The position numbers and the translations under genes are program-made. A DNA stretch of 64,000 bases, taken from contig CAVYNY010000016.1 in the NCBI GenBank assembly GCA_963769935.1, positions 1-64,000 on the forward strand, read 5' to 3'. This DNA comes from an uncultured delta proteobacterium (GTDB taxonomy: Bacteria > Desulfobacterota > Desulfobacteria > Desulfobacterales > JAFDCJ01). The notes below the pieces were generated by a model. The model was not told where the DNA came from, did not search any database, and saw only the letters and a list, made by a program, of their open reading frames with translations. Positions 1 to 10,391 of the stretch are shown here, piece by piece (the stretch's first letter is position 1; each line of letters starts with the position of its first letter).

Positions 1-477
1 TCTGATTTCCCGCCGGATGCTTTTGAGCACTTCACCAGACCCCAGAAGAACGATTTTCTGGTTGAACATGCCCCGATTTAGTATCACTGAGTAAACAAAT
101 CGCCATGAAACAATCAAAAGAATAGCAAAACCGATACTGATGACGAAAGTCCCTCTGGCAATCATAGATCTGGGAAAAATTATGTAAACAAATGCCAAAA
201 AAATCGCCGCAAATCCAAGCGCTTGAAGCAGCCGGATTCCAAGCTCGTACAAGGTATCGGTAACCTTTAAATCATAAAGGTCATTGTAGTATAAGCAGAT
301 CTGGCAGATGGCAGTTATCAGACAAATCTTTAGCAGCAAATGGAAGTCGGGATTAAATGAATCCGAACCAAAGATGATAAACGCCGCCAGATACACCGAA
401 GCGAAGATAAAGAAGCCCTCACCGCAGACGAAGAATATATTTCTTATCGGATAATATTTTTTGAAAAGACGGAGCAT
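1..477 (-). CDS. PEP-CTERM/EPS-associated sugar transferase (TIGR03013-like priming glycosyltransferase), N-terminal part; runs off the window
   Basis: Manual translation from ATG 477: MLRLFKKYYPIRNIFFVCGEGF...CLYYNDLYDF...LGIRLLQALG, several TM helices then NQKIVLLGSG; downstream of autokinase and chain-length genes. Confidence 0.75.
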   Translation of the reverse strand, partial: MLRLFKKYYPIRNIFFVCGEGFFIFASVYLAAFIIFGSDSFNPDFHLLLKICLITAICQICLYYNDLYDLKVTDTLYELGIRLLQALGFAAIFLAFVYIIFPRSMIARGTFVISIGFAILLIVSWRFVYSVILNRGMFNQKIVLLGSGEVLKSIRREIR

Positions 478-494
478 GATTCTATAAAGTAATG

Positions 495-686
495 AATGCC
501 TACATTGCCTGGGAATCCTAGATTGCCTAAATTGTCAAAACGAATGCCAGATTCTCTAAAGTGCCTAAATTGCCTAGATGGCAACGAGCTGTCTAAGTCA
601 GTGCCTGAAATATTGGTAAAAACGAGTGCCTAAATTGTTTAAAATGCTTTATAATGTAAATTGGGTGTTGTCTACTTTAGGCACTT
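495..686. repeat. Inverted pair of degenerate 9-nt tandem arrays (TGCCTAAAT family)
   Basis: TGCCTAAAT/TGCCTAGAT/TGTCTAAGT units at 495-635; inverted ACTTTAGGCACTT at 674-686; same unit at ~5840-5870 and ~7860-7935. Confidence 0.8.
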
Positions 687-2162
687 ATTTTTATATCGTT
701 TTCCATACTTGCCGTACTTTTTATGGCCGTAACCTGCCCGGAAGTCTGCGAATCCAGTTGGTTGACGATCAACGCCGAAGATTTATCGGAGCCCAATGTT
801 TTTCATCAATTTCTCAACTTCTTCCCGGGGTGTTCTACGGTGTTTGACGACGAGATGACACCGTCGACATTCCGGGCTAAAAAGGCGGTCTCGGCGGCCA
901 GGCCGGCGGCGGTGAATCGATAACGATCAAACGATCATGGTATCTGAATTTGACCTCTTCGAGCAGAGCGGACATCCGCTTCGGTGGACATCAATTCCGA
1001 GGGATTGGACGGCACCGTTCCGGCTGGCAACAGGGTTAATTTATCAACGCCGGTTTTCAACAGCAGGGATTCCAGCCCCGTTGACTCCATGAGGTATTCG
1101 CTCAAACCGGAACTCGCTCAAACCCGAACATGCTGGTGCACATGGGGTTTGCGCAAATCGCAGTCGATCAGCAGAACATGCTTGTTGATGTTCATGGCGA
1201 TGCTGACGGCCAGGTTGGCTGCTACAAAAGATTTGCCGTCACCCGGCAGTGCACCGGTCACCAGTATGGACTGCGGTGGCGATCCCGATACCGGGAACAA
1301 AAGATTGGTTCGCAAAATTTTAAACTGCTCGGCTTCGTAGGACTGCGGATCCAGCAGGGAAACAAGATTTCGATCGATTTTTTTTTCATCAATTTCGGCG
1401 GGTACGGGATGACCCGACCCGTACGCTGGCCGGTTTCGCCTGTTTTTTCAGCTATTTCGAGCCCGCGGGAATGCGGTCTGGATGCTCCATTCATTTTGAA
1501 ATGGGCTTTCCATTTCTGGCGGCTATCACATGCTCTTGCTGACACGGATGTGCCGGACGTTTTCGTTTGCAGTCTGCCGCGCGGAGGAATATTCTTCTGC
1601 CGCATGGCGGCTCCGGCGGTTCTCTTCTTTCTGGAATTTTTGTCGGCTGATCCGTTATGGACTCGCGTGGAATCGGAATCGGCTTTAGTTTCAGACGCGG
1701 CGTATGCCCTCTCTCTCGGGCTTCGAAGCGGGGGTCCAGGCCTTTCTGGAAGGACGGGTCCCCACTCAGGTCGGATCCGGCGTCTTGATTTGATCCTGTG
1801 AAAGCAGCCGTTTCTATACATCTAAGCGCGATTTTCCGTGTCGGTCTTCGACCGTCGCCGGTGCACTGTCAGAGTCGACATCGGCTCCTGCAGCCGTTCA
1901 CACTCCTGCAAACCTTTAGGAGTCAGTTTTCCGCCGGGAAAAATCAGCTTATTGGCCATCAGCCGCTGAATGTTCCCTTGGTTCGTAGAACTTCCATGCT
2001 GGTGACTGCCCATCTGGCCGGTCAGGCTGTCATAGTTCAGCAGGTGGCAGGTCTCACGGTTATAATTCAGAAGAACCTCCAGGTCCTTCCGGTCAACTGC
2101 GGCAGGCGCGCGGCCTTGCGCTCCTGCGCGTATTTGCCCAATGCATTCGCTATTTTTCCCAA
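672..2162 (-). CDS. Polysaccharide biosynthesis tyrosine autokinase (CpsD/CapB/Wzc-type), multiple frameshifts
   Basis: TTG start MGKIANALGKY; EAEQFKILRTNL, Walker A GALPGDGKS, LLIDCDLRKP; Tyr-rich tail GYGHKKYGKYGKRY; pieces lie in different frames. Confidence 0.8.
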
Positions 2163-2194
2163 TTTAATCCCCAATCCTTCTATGTTTGAAATAT

Positions 2195-2348
2195 TTGGAC
2201 AAGATTTTCAGTCCACATCGCTTCAAAACCGAATCTCATTCGCCTTCGGCGGGAAAAGAATTCTAATATCTTATGAGATTGTGCTCCAATTCCCGCCGCT
2301 AGGCTTTTATATAATTTATCTGTCGTAATCCGTGTTCATCCGTGTCCC
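2195..2348. repeat. Inverted-repeat intergenic element (GGACACGGAT/ATCCGTGTCC family)
   Basis: TTGGACAAGAT...AATCCGTGTTCATCCGTGTCCC with internal CGCCTTCGGCG hairpin. Confidence 0.55.
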
Positions 2349-2365
2349 ATTTGTAAGAAATTATT

Positions 2366-3973
2366 CTATATTTTTATATATTGACTCGCCATTTTGAGCA
2401 CCTCATCGACTCCTTCTACCACCATCAGCCCCAATGAACCTGCCAGCCCGGCAGCGACAATGCCGAAGAAGCGGTCAAGGCGTTGTTAACCCGATGCCAC
2501 AGTTTTTCCCTTTGGCTGTAAAGCTTCGGGATCACAGCCAACACGCAAGCCCCAAATCGGATTCGTAATCTTTAGGATCTTTCAGGGAGGTATTTAAAAA
2601 ATCGAGAGAAAGATCAGACCGGCACCCAGACCAAGGCCGGCCACAGCCGAAATCAAAAACAGTTTTTTCATGTCGGGTGAGGATGGCTTGTTGCGGCAGG
2701 ACGGCATAATCCACTACATTGAAACTGCTCGCCCTTTTGCTTTTTTTCCATGTTGACGGAAACCTCGGCCTCCAGCTTGCGTTCAGCAGGGAGTCGTAAG
2801 CATCCTTGATGTTGCCATAATCTCGATTGAGGCCTAACAGCTCCTGTTCTCTTTTAGGGGTTTTCTCCACCCTCCCTTGATATTCCTCGATTTGGCCTTT
2901 TATCTTGGCAATATCGATCTCCATATTTCGAATTTCATCTTTAATTTGCAGCCGCTGCCGCTCAAGATCGGCAATCGTGTTGGTCACCATTCTCCGGGCC
3001 GGATCGGTTTCCTCCGGAGGTCGGGCACTCGGCGAGGTCGACAATTGACCGCTTTTGTAGCTCGCTTCCAGCTCGGCTATTTTGGTTTTCAACCTGATGA
3101 CATCCGGGTGGCGATCCGTATAGTTGGATTTCATAGCGGCAAGCTGCGCTTTAAGCTGGTCCAGGCTCATTACGTTCCCTTCCCCGGAGACGGTGGCTCG
3201 ATTTTCCGACAGGATTTTGCGATTGCTGTCGGCCTGGCTTTCGACCTCATCGAGTCTGGATTTTTCATCTCGCAGGCTTTTTTCCCGCTCGGACAGCTGG
3301 GTTTGAAGTCTATCTAAAATCCGGAGGTTGGCATCCAACTGCTCGGGCAGTTCCCCCATATACTGGCGGCGGTATTCAAGGATTTTCTGCTCGAATTCTT
3401 CAAGCCGCTGCCGTGTGGTCGTCAGCTGATCGGCAAGAAAATCGCTGGTGCCGACGGCCTGGGCCTCCCGCGTTTTGAGGTTTTCCTCGATAAACGAACC
3501 GGCCAGGCCGTTGGCAACATCCATGATGGCCTCCGGGTCAAACCAGTGGAAAGTAATCGAAAAAGCATCCGCCTCTCGATTCCTGGCTTTGGAATTGTTG
3601 ACATTGATTTCTATGCGCTTGCGAAGATCGTTCACTAAATCCTCCATAAACATTCCGCTGTAATGCGGATTGGAATTAAGACCATATCGTTGCGATATCT
3701 TCTCGAGATTGGAGCGGCTCAAAATCTGCTGGGAAATCGTATTGATACGCACTTCGAAATCGTTCGATACCACCGATCGCACATAATCTGACAGGCACCC
3801 GCTGGGGCTGCACAAGAATCAGAGTTTTGGCTTCATAAGACTTCGGAAGTTTGATGGCCAGAAACAGCCCGGCCAGCATGTGCAATGCAAAACGGCACAA
3901 TCAGCAGCCAGCGAAATTTTATAACGAGGCCGAAGTAATAACCGATATTGATGGAATCTGATTTTTCAGGCAT
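2366..3973 (-). CDS. Polysaccharide chain-length determinant (Wzz/GumC, PEP-CTERM locus type), frameshifted
   Basis: MPEKSDSINIGYYFGLVIKFRWLLIVPF, YEAKTLILVQPQ, ILSRSNLEKI, YTDRHPDVIRLK, long coiled coil, C-terminal TM. Confidence 0.85.
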
Positions 3974-3994
3974 GGAATTTTCCTGCGGGAAATA

Positions 3995-4417
3995 GTTTAT
4001 TGAGTTTACTTTGTTTGTTGTGTTTATTGAGTTATTTGTTTAGTTCCTATTCAAACCAGATTATAGGGTAAGCCAATCTTTTGTATCTGTTAGGCAAATT
4101 GTGCCTATTGAGTTTATGGAATTTGTTGTGCACCTTGTGTTTATTGAGTTAACTTTGTTTTTTGCGTTTTTTGAGTTTTTGTACAAACTAAATCATCATT
4201 TCTAAGAGCTTTTGCTCGTATTAATCGCATTAAATACTAAATTCACCAGTACTCTAAGCCTCTTGCCAAGCTTTAATATCTTCAAACCGTTCAATTTTCA
4301 TGAGCTTACCCCATTTTTCTCTGTTTTCAAAAGCATATTCAAGGCACCATTTGAAATAAGCAAATATATTCAGCCAACCCAATAAACTCAAAAAACTCAA
4401 AAAACTATTTCAACTAT
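3995..4417. mobile_element. Cassette of inverted 9-nt arrays (TTGAGTTTA...TAAACTCAA) enclosing a truncated four-helix-bundle gene
   Basis: Left array 3995-4190, right array 4373-4417; interior similar to 13095-13300. Confidence 0.65.
4200..4301 (-). pseudogene. Truncated four-helix-bundle protein gene (5' ~34 codons)
   Basis: MKIERFEDIKAWQEA then RVLVNLVFNAINTSKS after a +1 shift; highly similar in DNA to the 5' end of 12827-13199. Confidence 0.8.
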
Positions 4418-4418
4418 A

Positions 4419-5828
4419 TTATGCCAGTTGATATTCTTTGATCTTATTCAGCAGCGATTTGTAGCTGATCTCCAGGATTTTGGCAGCTTTTTTGCGGTTC
4501 CAGTTTGTCTTTTCGAGAGCCTTTTTAATGACGGCTTTTTCGGCGCGCAACAAAAAAATGCTGCAAACGCCTTTAAGGTTCAGACTGTCACGATCTTTTA
4601 AATATTTTTTAAGATTCGAAAGTCCGGCAAGGGCATAAATGTCTTCATCTGAATTGAGCAGAATCGGCTGTCTGGCCCACTGGGCGGCAAGATTCTGAAT
4701 AACGAGGTCATTTTCTCCATACAGGACAGCCCTGTTGACTATGGATTTCAATTCCCTGACATTTCCCGGCCAAGGATAGTGGCAGAAGCTTTGTTTGATT
4801 TTACTGGACAGCTCGAAATGGCCGGAGCCATACTCCATGCAAAACTTGTCCGCAAAAAAATCCGCCAGCAGCGGTATATCATCGACTCGCTCTCTGAGGG
4901 GCGGTATATCAATGGAAACTACATTCATCCGGTAATAGAGATCTTTGCGAAATTTACCCCGGTTTACGAGGTGGTCGATCATGCAACTGCTGGAAATAAT
5001 TATGGCCACATCGGATTTATTGGCCATCGTCCAATTGGCGGCCGCGGATGCAATACCATCACGCTCAAAAATGGCAAGCAGACGAGACTGAACGGAGACA
5101 GGCAGTGCTGCAATTTCACTAAGAAACAATGTACCGCCGTCCATCTGCCTCTCAGCGGGGCCGTCTTGAGAATTTGATTTTTGCAGACCGTCTTTTCCAA
5201 TGCTGCAAATAGTTTCATCCAGCAGTTCCGGATTCATTTCCGCCAGAAGAAGTTTGACAAAAGGGCTTTTGCGCTTTTCGGACTTATGGTGAATGGCCCT
5301 GGCGACCAGTTCCTTGCCGGTTCCGGGTTCCCCCTGGATAAGCACCGGTTCTTTTAAATGGTTCAACTCGGGAATTCGTTTTCTAATTTTTCGTATTGCA
5401 GGACTATTGCCGATGATCAGGTGATTTTCCTGTTCACCGCTATTGGTATCGGCCAGCCTATTGCGCAGCAACTTGCCGATAGCGCCTTTTATTTCGGCGG
5501 GTTCGAAATTTACCTTTAGAACTATCACATCCCCAAACCCATTGGAAGCTGCAAAATCTTCGATCGAATCATCGCCGGATATAATCAGAACGGGGAGCCT
5601 GCCGTCCATCATTTTAACGGTATGGACAAAACGGTACAAACGGTTGTGGGTCAGCGGTCCGGAGATCACCAGATCCGGCTGCAAGGGCAGCAGGTTGTCC
5701 AGGCAGATGGTTTCCTTCTCAAAAATAAAGGGCAGGTATCCCCGGCCGGATACGATGGACCTGAGATAATCCCTGCGACTCTGGTTTTTTTCAAGGATGA
5801 CGATTCTGTGCTGATCGCTTTGGGTCAT
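4419..5828 (-). CDS. Sigma-54 enhancer-binding-like regulator (pseudo-receiver, AAA+, Fis HTH), lacking GAFTGA
   Basis: GEPGTGKELVARAIH, FRKDLYYRMNV, WPGNVREL, NRKKAAKILEISYKSLLNKIK. Confidence 0.9.
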   Translation of the reverse strand: MTQSDQHRIVILEKNQSRRDYLRSIVSGRGYLPFIFEKETICLDNLLPLQPDLVISGPLTHNRLYRFVHTVKMMDGRLPVLIISGDDSIEDFAASNGFGDVIVLKVNFEPAEIKGAIGKLLRNRLADTNSGEQENHLIIGNSPAIRKIRKRIPELNHLKEPVLIQGEPGTGKELVARAIHHKSEKRKSPFVKLLLAEMNPELLDETICSIGKDGLQKSNSQDGPAERQMDGGTLFLSEIAALPVSVQSRLLAIFERDGIASAAANWTMANKSDVAIIISSSCMIDHLVNRGKFRKDLYYRMNVVSIDIPPLRERVDDIPLLADFFADKFCMEYGSGHFELSSKIKQSFCHYPWPGNVRELKSIVNRAVLYGENDLVIQNLAAQWARQPILLNSDEDIYALAGLSNLKKYLKDRDSLNLKGVCSIFLLRAEKAVIKKALEKTNWNRKKAAKILEISYKSLLNKIKEYQLA

Positions 5829-6035
5829 GAATATATTAAATGCCTAAATTGCTCTAAAATGCCTAAAATTAAGGATTATAATCATTTTATAAAAAACTAT
5901 TAGAATCATGAAGACACGAAAATTAGAAAGCACGAAATTTTTCATTCTTTTTCTTTTCGCGTTGAGAGACAGGCTAAGCCCGATAAAATGTTCCTTACTG
6001 ACAACGCACCATGCATAATATGCATTTAGCACCAT

Positions 6036-6051
6036 AGCAATTTGTGTGCCG
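6036..6051 (-). promoter_or_regulatory. Sigma-54 -24/-12 promoter
   Basis: Minus strand CGGCACACAAATTGCT fits YGGCAC-N5-TTGCW, ~210 nt upstream of the 5828 start. Confidence 0.75.
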
Positions 6052-6489
6052 AAATGAGAGGGCTTAACAGCAAAATAGAATAATGAGAAAATAAATGCTG
6101 CATCCTATGAAAATTAATACCATTTTCCGGTATTGATTTTCAATTTTACCGCAATAGGATGAATATGCAAACTGTTTTCTGAAGGGGTGATAACAAAGTG
6201 CAGATATGGAAAATGGAAGGATTTTTCACACTAATATGAAAAAATTTTCATAGATGGAATTGAATCGCTTTATAGCTTGAATCACCGCTGAGAACGCAGT
6301 GAGCGCAGAGAGCGGCGCTGGAGCGCCAGTTTAAGTAGCTGATTGAGTTGAAAAATTGATAAAAAGTCCTTTGGTTCCGGGCGATTCACGGCAGGTGGTC
6401 ATAGATCCGTATGCATTTGATGGGGGATAACGGGTTGAGTTGCCGGATGAATATTTTACCGACGCTTTTACCAAACTTCGCAATGGGTT

Positions 6490-6630
6490 TTATTGATCTC
6501 TTTCAGATTTCAAGAAATTGACAATCGCATCTCTATATCCTCTGAAGTCTTTCAGATCCTTGCAGATATCTCCTTATGAGTAATTCCGACTCTATAATCG
6601 AAAAGTCGAAATATTTTCTCATAACGATTG
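6490..6630 (-). pseudogene. Possible C-terminal remnant of a DUF86/HepT-like protein
   Basis: Minus-strand fragments RYEKI and DLKDFRGYRDAIVNFLKSERDQ* loosely resemble DUF86 C-termini; frames broken. Confidence 0.2.
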
Positions 6631-6725
6631 ATTCAAAAATATGTCTGGCAAATGGATCCTTATCGACAATAGCGAAGGGAAGAAAGATAGGAAACCTGCC
6701 GGGTCGTCTTGTCCAGTCGTCTTGT

Positions 6726-6950
6726 GGGGCCGTAGCTGAAAGCGAAGCCCAAAGAACGAAGTGGGACTTTCCCCAGCCTAGAGCGGAGCCGGACGTGTCC
6801 CGGCGTAGCTTGAAGAAGCGAAGTCGGACTTGTCCCGGCGTAGCTTCGGATAAAGCGAAGCCGGACTTGTCCCGGCGTAGCTCGTAGAAGCGAAGCCGGA
6901 CGTGTCCCGGCGTAGTTCGAAGAACGAAGCCGGAAGCTTTAGCGAAGTCC
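6726..6950. repeat. Tandem REP-like hairpin array, 4 full units of 35-37 nt plus degenerate flanking units
   Basis: Consensus TGTCCCGGCGTAGCT-(variable loop)-AGCGAAGCCGGAC at 6796, 6831, 6868, 6903. Confidence 0.85.
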
Positions 6951-7000
6951 GGCAGATCCCGTCAAAAAAATTATCAGGACAGGATCCATCCCATAACTAT

Positions 7001-7378
7001 CTAATCGGTCTTCTTCGCCAGCAGTTCGGTAACCAGCTTATCCAGCTCCGGCAGTTCAATCGGTTTTTCCAGCACAACATCGGCCTGGGCTTCGGTTGCC
7101 AGGGCGCCGGGATGCTCCCCCCAGCCCGTGATGGCGATGACCGGCGTGCCGGGATATTTCTTTTTGATGATTGAAATCACACCGACGCCACTGATAAAGG
7201 GCATGACAAGGTCGGTGATTACCAGATCGAAGCCCACCTTTTCGGTTTCAAACAGCTTCAATCCCTCCATGCCGTCCGCTGCGGTGAACACATGGTATTT
7301 TTTAGTAAAAAAATGCTTCAGTCCAGCCACGGTCTCTTCACTGTCATCAATTACGAGCAGTCGGTATTTTTTTTCCAT
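7001..7378 (-). CDS. Single-domain response regulator
   Basis: MEKKYRLLVIDDSEE...DLVITDLVMP...IAITG...LEKPI. Confidence 0.9.
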   Translation of the reverse strand: MEKKYRLLVIDDSEETVAGLKHFFTKKYHVFTAADGMEGLKLFETEKVGFDLVITDLVMPFISGVGVISIIKKKYPGTPVIAITGWGEHPGALATEAQADVVLEKPIELPELDKLVTELLAKKTD

Positions 7379-7671
7379 AATACGAACCTTTGTTGTAATC
7401 GTTGAAATCGTCCCAGTTAAACGAAAGACAAAAAGGTTTAACGGGATAAATTTAGATAGTTTGGATCGTTTATGACGCCGGAATAGCTCGATACATCCCA
7501 ACTATAAACAAGTTATCGACTTTATTCAACTTAATTTTCAGTCCGAAAAACCAGCGCTGCTGAACGAATGGGTGAATATCGGGATTGTAAGTTAGCCGCT
7601 ATTCCGGTTTGGGGGTTATGTCTATTAGGGGCAATAAGCCGACGGACTAACCTCTCCTGCTCTAAGATTAA

Positions 7672-7687
7672 AGCAAAATCTATGCCT
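7672..7687 (-). promoter_or_regulatory. Sigma-54 -24/-12 promoter
   Basis: Minus strand AGGCATAGATTTTGCT upstream of the response regulator. Confidence 0.6.
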
Positions 7688-7859
7688 GAAAAAATAATGC
7701 CTATTTGAATAATTAATAAAAATTCCGAGATGTTTATTCCCTTTAGGATGTTTCGGTTTCTATCATATCCCTTTATCATAATTAGGGCAAGTAGAACCTT
7801 TGCCCAAAATTCATTAAGTTGACAATGCTGTCCAAAGCAGTTTGATATGGGATGCTGAC

Positions 7860-7935
7860 AAATGTCTAAAGTGCGCTAAAATGCCTAAATTGCCTAAAAT
7901 GCCTAAATTGCCTAAATTGCTCTAAAATGCCTAGT
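7860..7935. repeat. TGCCTAAA(A/T) 9-nt tandem array
   Basis: AATGCCTAAATTGCCTAAAATGCCTAAATTGCCTAAATTGCTCTAAAATGCCTAG. Confidence 0.85.
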
Positions 7936-8137
7936 ACGAAAATTAAAGAGTGCCGTAGATTATAAATTAAATTACTTTTCTTTAAATGCAAAGCATGCAG
8001 AATATAGACTATAATCACGAAAATACGAATCAAATAGTGATTAAGCTGTCGACGCTGCGATTTAATAACTTTATCGAATAATTAAAGAATCTTATGCAAC
8101 CCTGGATATGCTTATTTTCGGAGCGGATTAAATATAT

Positions 8138-8446
8138 ATTTATTGCAACTGGTACGGATTCTCCGAAGAACCATTTCAAATAACACCTGATCCGAATTTT
8201 CTTTATATGAGTCCGGGGCACGAAGAGGTATTGACATCCATCATCTACGGCATTCAAAACCGCCGGGGAATCATGGCCATCATAGGGGAAGTCGGCACCG
8301 GCAAAACGACCCTGCTGAATACAGCCCTGGAGTGGTTAAGCGAGAAAACCAAAGTTGCCTATGCCATTAATTTCGATGTCGATTTTGAGGATCTTCTCAA
8401 AATGGCCCTCATCAACCTCGGTCTGGCGACGGCCGATCAAGCATAG
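8138..8446 (+). pseudogene. Truncated ExeA/GspA-like secretion AAA ATPase
   Basis: (I)YCNWYGFSEEPFQITPDPNFLYMSPGHEE...GEVGTGKTTLL; ATT where the ATG is expected; stops after ~100 codons before Walker B. Confidence 0.75.
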
Positions 8447-8451
8447 CAAAA

Positions 8452-8625
8452 AGATGGAAGTTGAGAAGGTAGGGCATCGGAGATGCCAGCTCATAGCTGA
8501 TAGCTGATAGTTCATGGCGAAAGGAAAAAGGGGAAAGGGAATTAAATCTGGAAGCCGGGATGCTGGAAGGCTATAAAGCTAAAGGCTGAAAGCTCAAGGT
8601 TGAAGGCTCGTAGCCTAAACCCTAA
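8452..8625. repeat. Purine-rich patchwork of 7-8 nt repeats
   Basis: AGCTCAT AGCTGAT AGCTGAT AGTTCAT; AAAGGGG; AAAGCTA AAGGCTG AAAGCTC. Confidence 0.75.
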
Positions 8626-8693
8626 TCCTTCTCGGATTTCAAGAAGTTTACAAAAATAAAATAGTCAACTTTATTCTGAAATCGGATTTTGTT

Positions 8694-9890
8694 TCAGCTG
8701 AACCATTCCTCCGGCGGTGTTAGAAAAAATTGTTCAAGGGGTATGCCCTGCTTTCCGACAAGCAAACTCCTTTTAACTTTGAATTCTTTTGAAAAGGCCT
8801 CCATTCCGGGCAAAGCTGCTTTTCTGCGACCGCTTTTGACTTCAATAGCGACGGTGTCCTGACCCGGCTCAATATAAAATCCACCTCACGGTTCCTGCCG
8901 GCCCAGTAATTCAATACCAGGTCCTTACCCTTGATCGTATTTGCGAGAAAATTTCCCACTGCTGTTTCAACCAGCCGGCCCCAATGTTCAGGTTTCCCCA
9001 AAGCCTCTTCCAAACTCAGTGGTTTTAGAGCGCTCATCAAGGCGGTATTTAGTACGAGCAATTTTGGACTCGAACTCTTCCGGCGCACTTGTTGACTCCG
9101 CGTATTTCTCAAGACCCATGACGAGACCAGCGCTCTCGAGTAGATCCAGGTAATGTGCAAGCGTAGTTGTATTTCCGGCATCCTGCAGCTGACCCAGCAT
9201 TTTCTGATAGGGACAGAACCTGCCCGGAATATTCGCATCCGAGTTGGAACAATCGTCTCAGCAACGCCGGTTTGTCGAACTCTGGTCATCAACAGAATAT
9301 CTCTTGGAAATGGTTGTCTCGATAAGCGAGTCTTTTATGTAATTTGCCCACCTGAGACGATCCTCAATGAGTGCGGCCGATCCCGGATACCCTCCGTAAT
9401 AGACGAAGGCGTCGACATCCCAGTCGAAAGCGGATTGCATCTCCTCAAAGGTCCAATGGGAAACCGGTATTGTTTCAAAGCGCCCCGCAAAGGCTTTCCG
9501 TCAAGCCTTTTTGAATCAACAGTGAAGATGATCCAAGCAACAATACATGCAAAGGCAATTTATTTGCGGTATCTTCATTCGCAGAGACGTTTCACTGTCT
9601 CTGACTAGCCACCTATCTTTTGGACTTCATCGATGACCAGCAAAGTGCGGGCAGGTTGAGGGGCGGCCTAATCGCGCCTGGTACTTTCCGACTGCTGCTC
9701 CAACCAGGTTCGATCCTTTAGCGATGGTTTCGTCTGCCGTCGTCGTAATGGTAACTGATCGTGAATTTCTTGCAGGATCTGATGGGCGAAGCGTCCTTAC
9801 CCGTTTGTCGCGGTGCCCAGAGAACCTAAAAAAGCGCCTCGGTTCCGACAATCTTTCCATTAATCGATGAAAATATTTTCGCTTATACAT
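8694..9890 (-). CDS. AAA_14 / DUF4143 family ATPase, multiple frameshifts
   Basis: MYKRKYFHRLMERLSEPRRF; YYGGYPG; GNTTTLAHYLDLLESAG; WGRLVETAVG...YWAGRNREVDFIL. Confidence 0.75.
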
Positions 9891-10031
9891 TTGAAATCAC
9901 ATATAATTACATTTTGCTCAACTTGGTGAGTAAATTTACTCAATATGTCGTGCAAATGTCAAGGTAATTCAACAAAAAAGGCTGGGAGACTGGGCTTTAC
10001 GCCCGGCTGGATTGGGTGCAGGTATCTGAAA

Positions 10032-10390
10032 AAGGGATTCGCTTTTTATAAAAATTGGACACGGATTTGCACGGATTTACACGGAAAAATTATTTGGGTC
10101 CGCCTGGCGGTGGAACGTGCAGAGTCGTCTGCATTAGGTAGCCGGTCTATTTTTTCCTCGCCGAAGGCGATTGATTCCATTGTTTTTTAAATCTGTACTA
10201 CTAATATGAAAATTCTTTAAATTTTATTAAGCAAAATAAGCCGAAAGGGCTGAAATTCTAATAATTCAAACAGGTTGTAAGAAAGTTTCAGCATGGGCAA
10301 ACGGTCATAATCGCCCACAAAAATTTGGTTGCGGCTCTGCCGCGCTGTGTGAATCTGTGTCCAAAAATTTTAAAGGAGTTGAATTCATTC
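10032..10390. mobile_element. MITE-like element with ACACGGATT repeat arms
   Basis: GGACACGGATTTGCACGGATTTACACGG...TGTGTGAATCTGTGTCC; degenerate GGGATTC...GAATTCATTC ends; internal TCGCCGAAGGCGA. Confidence 0.6.
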
Positions 10391-10391
10391 C

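Noticed and set aside
534..549. Sigma-54 promoter upstream of the sugar transferase
   Set aside because: Minus strand TGGCATTCGTTTTGAC lacks the conserved -12 GC and lies within a repeat array.
6796..6935. CRISPR array
   Set aside because: Variable parts are only ~5-8 nt hairpin loops, far too short for spacers; no cas genes or leader.
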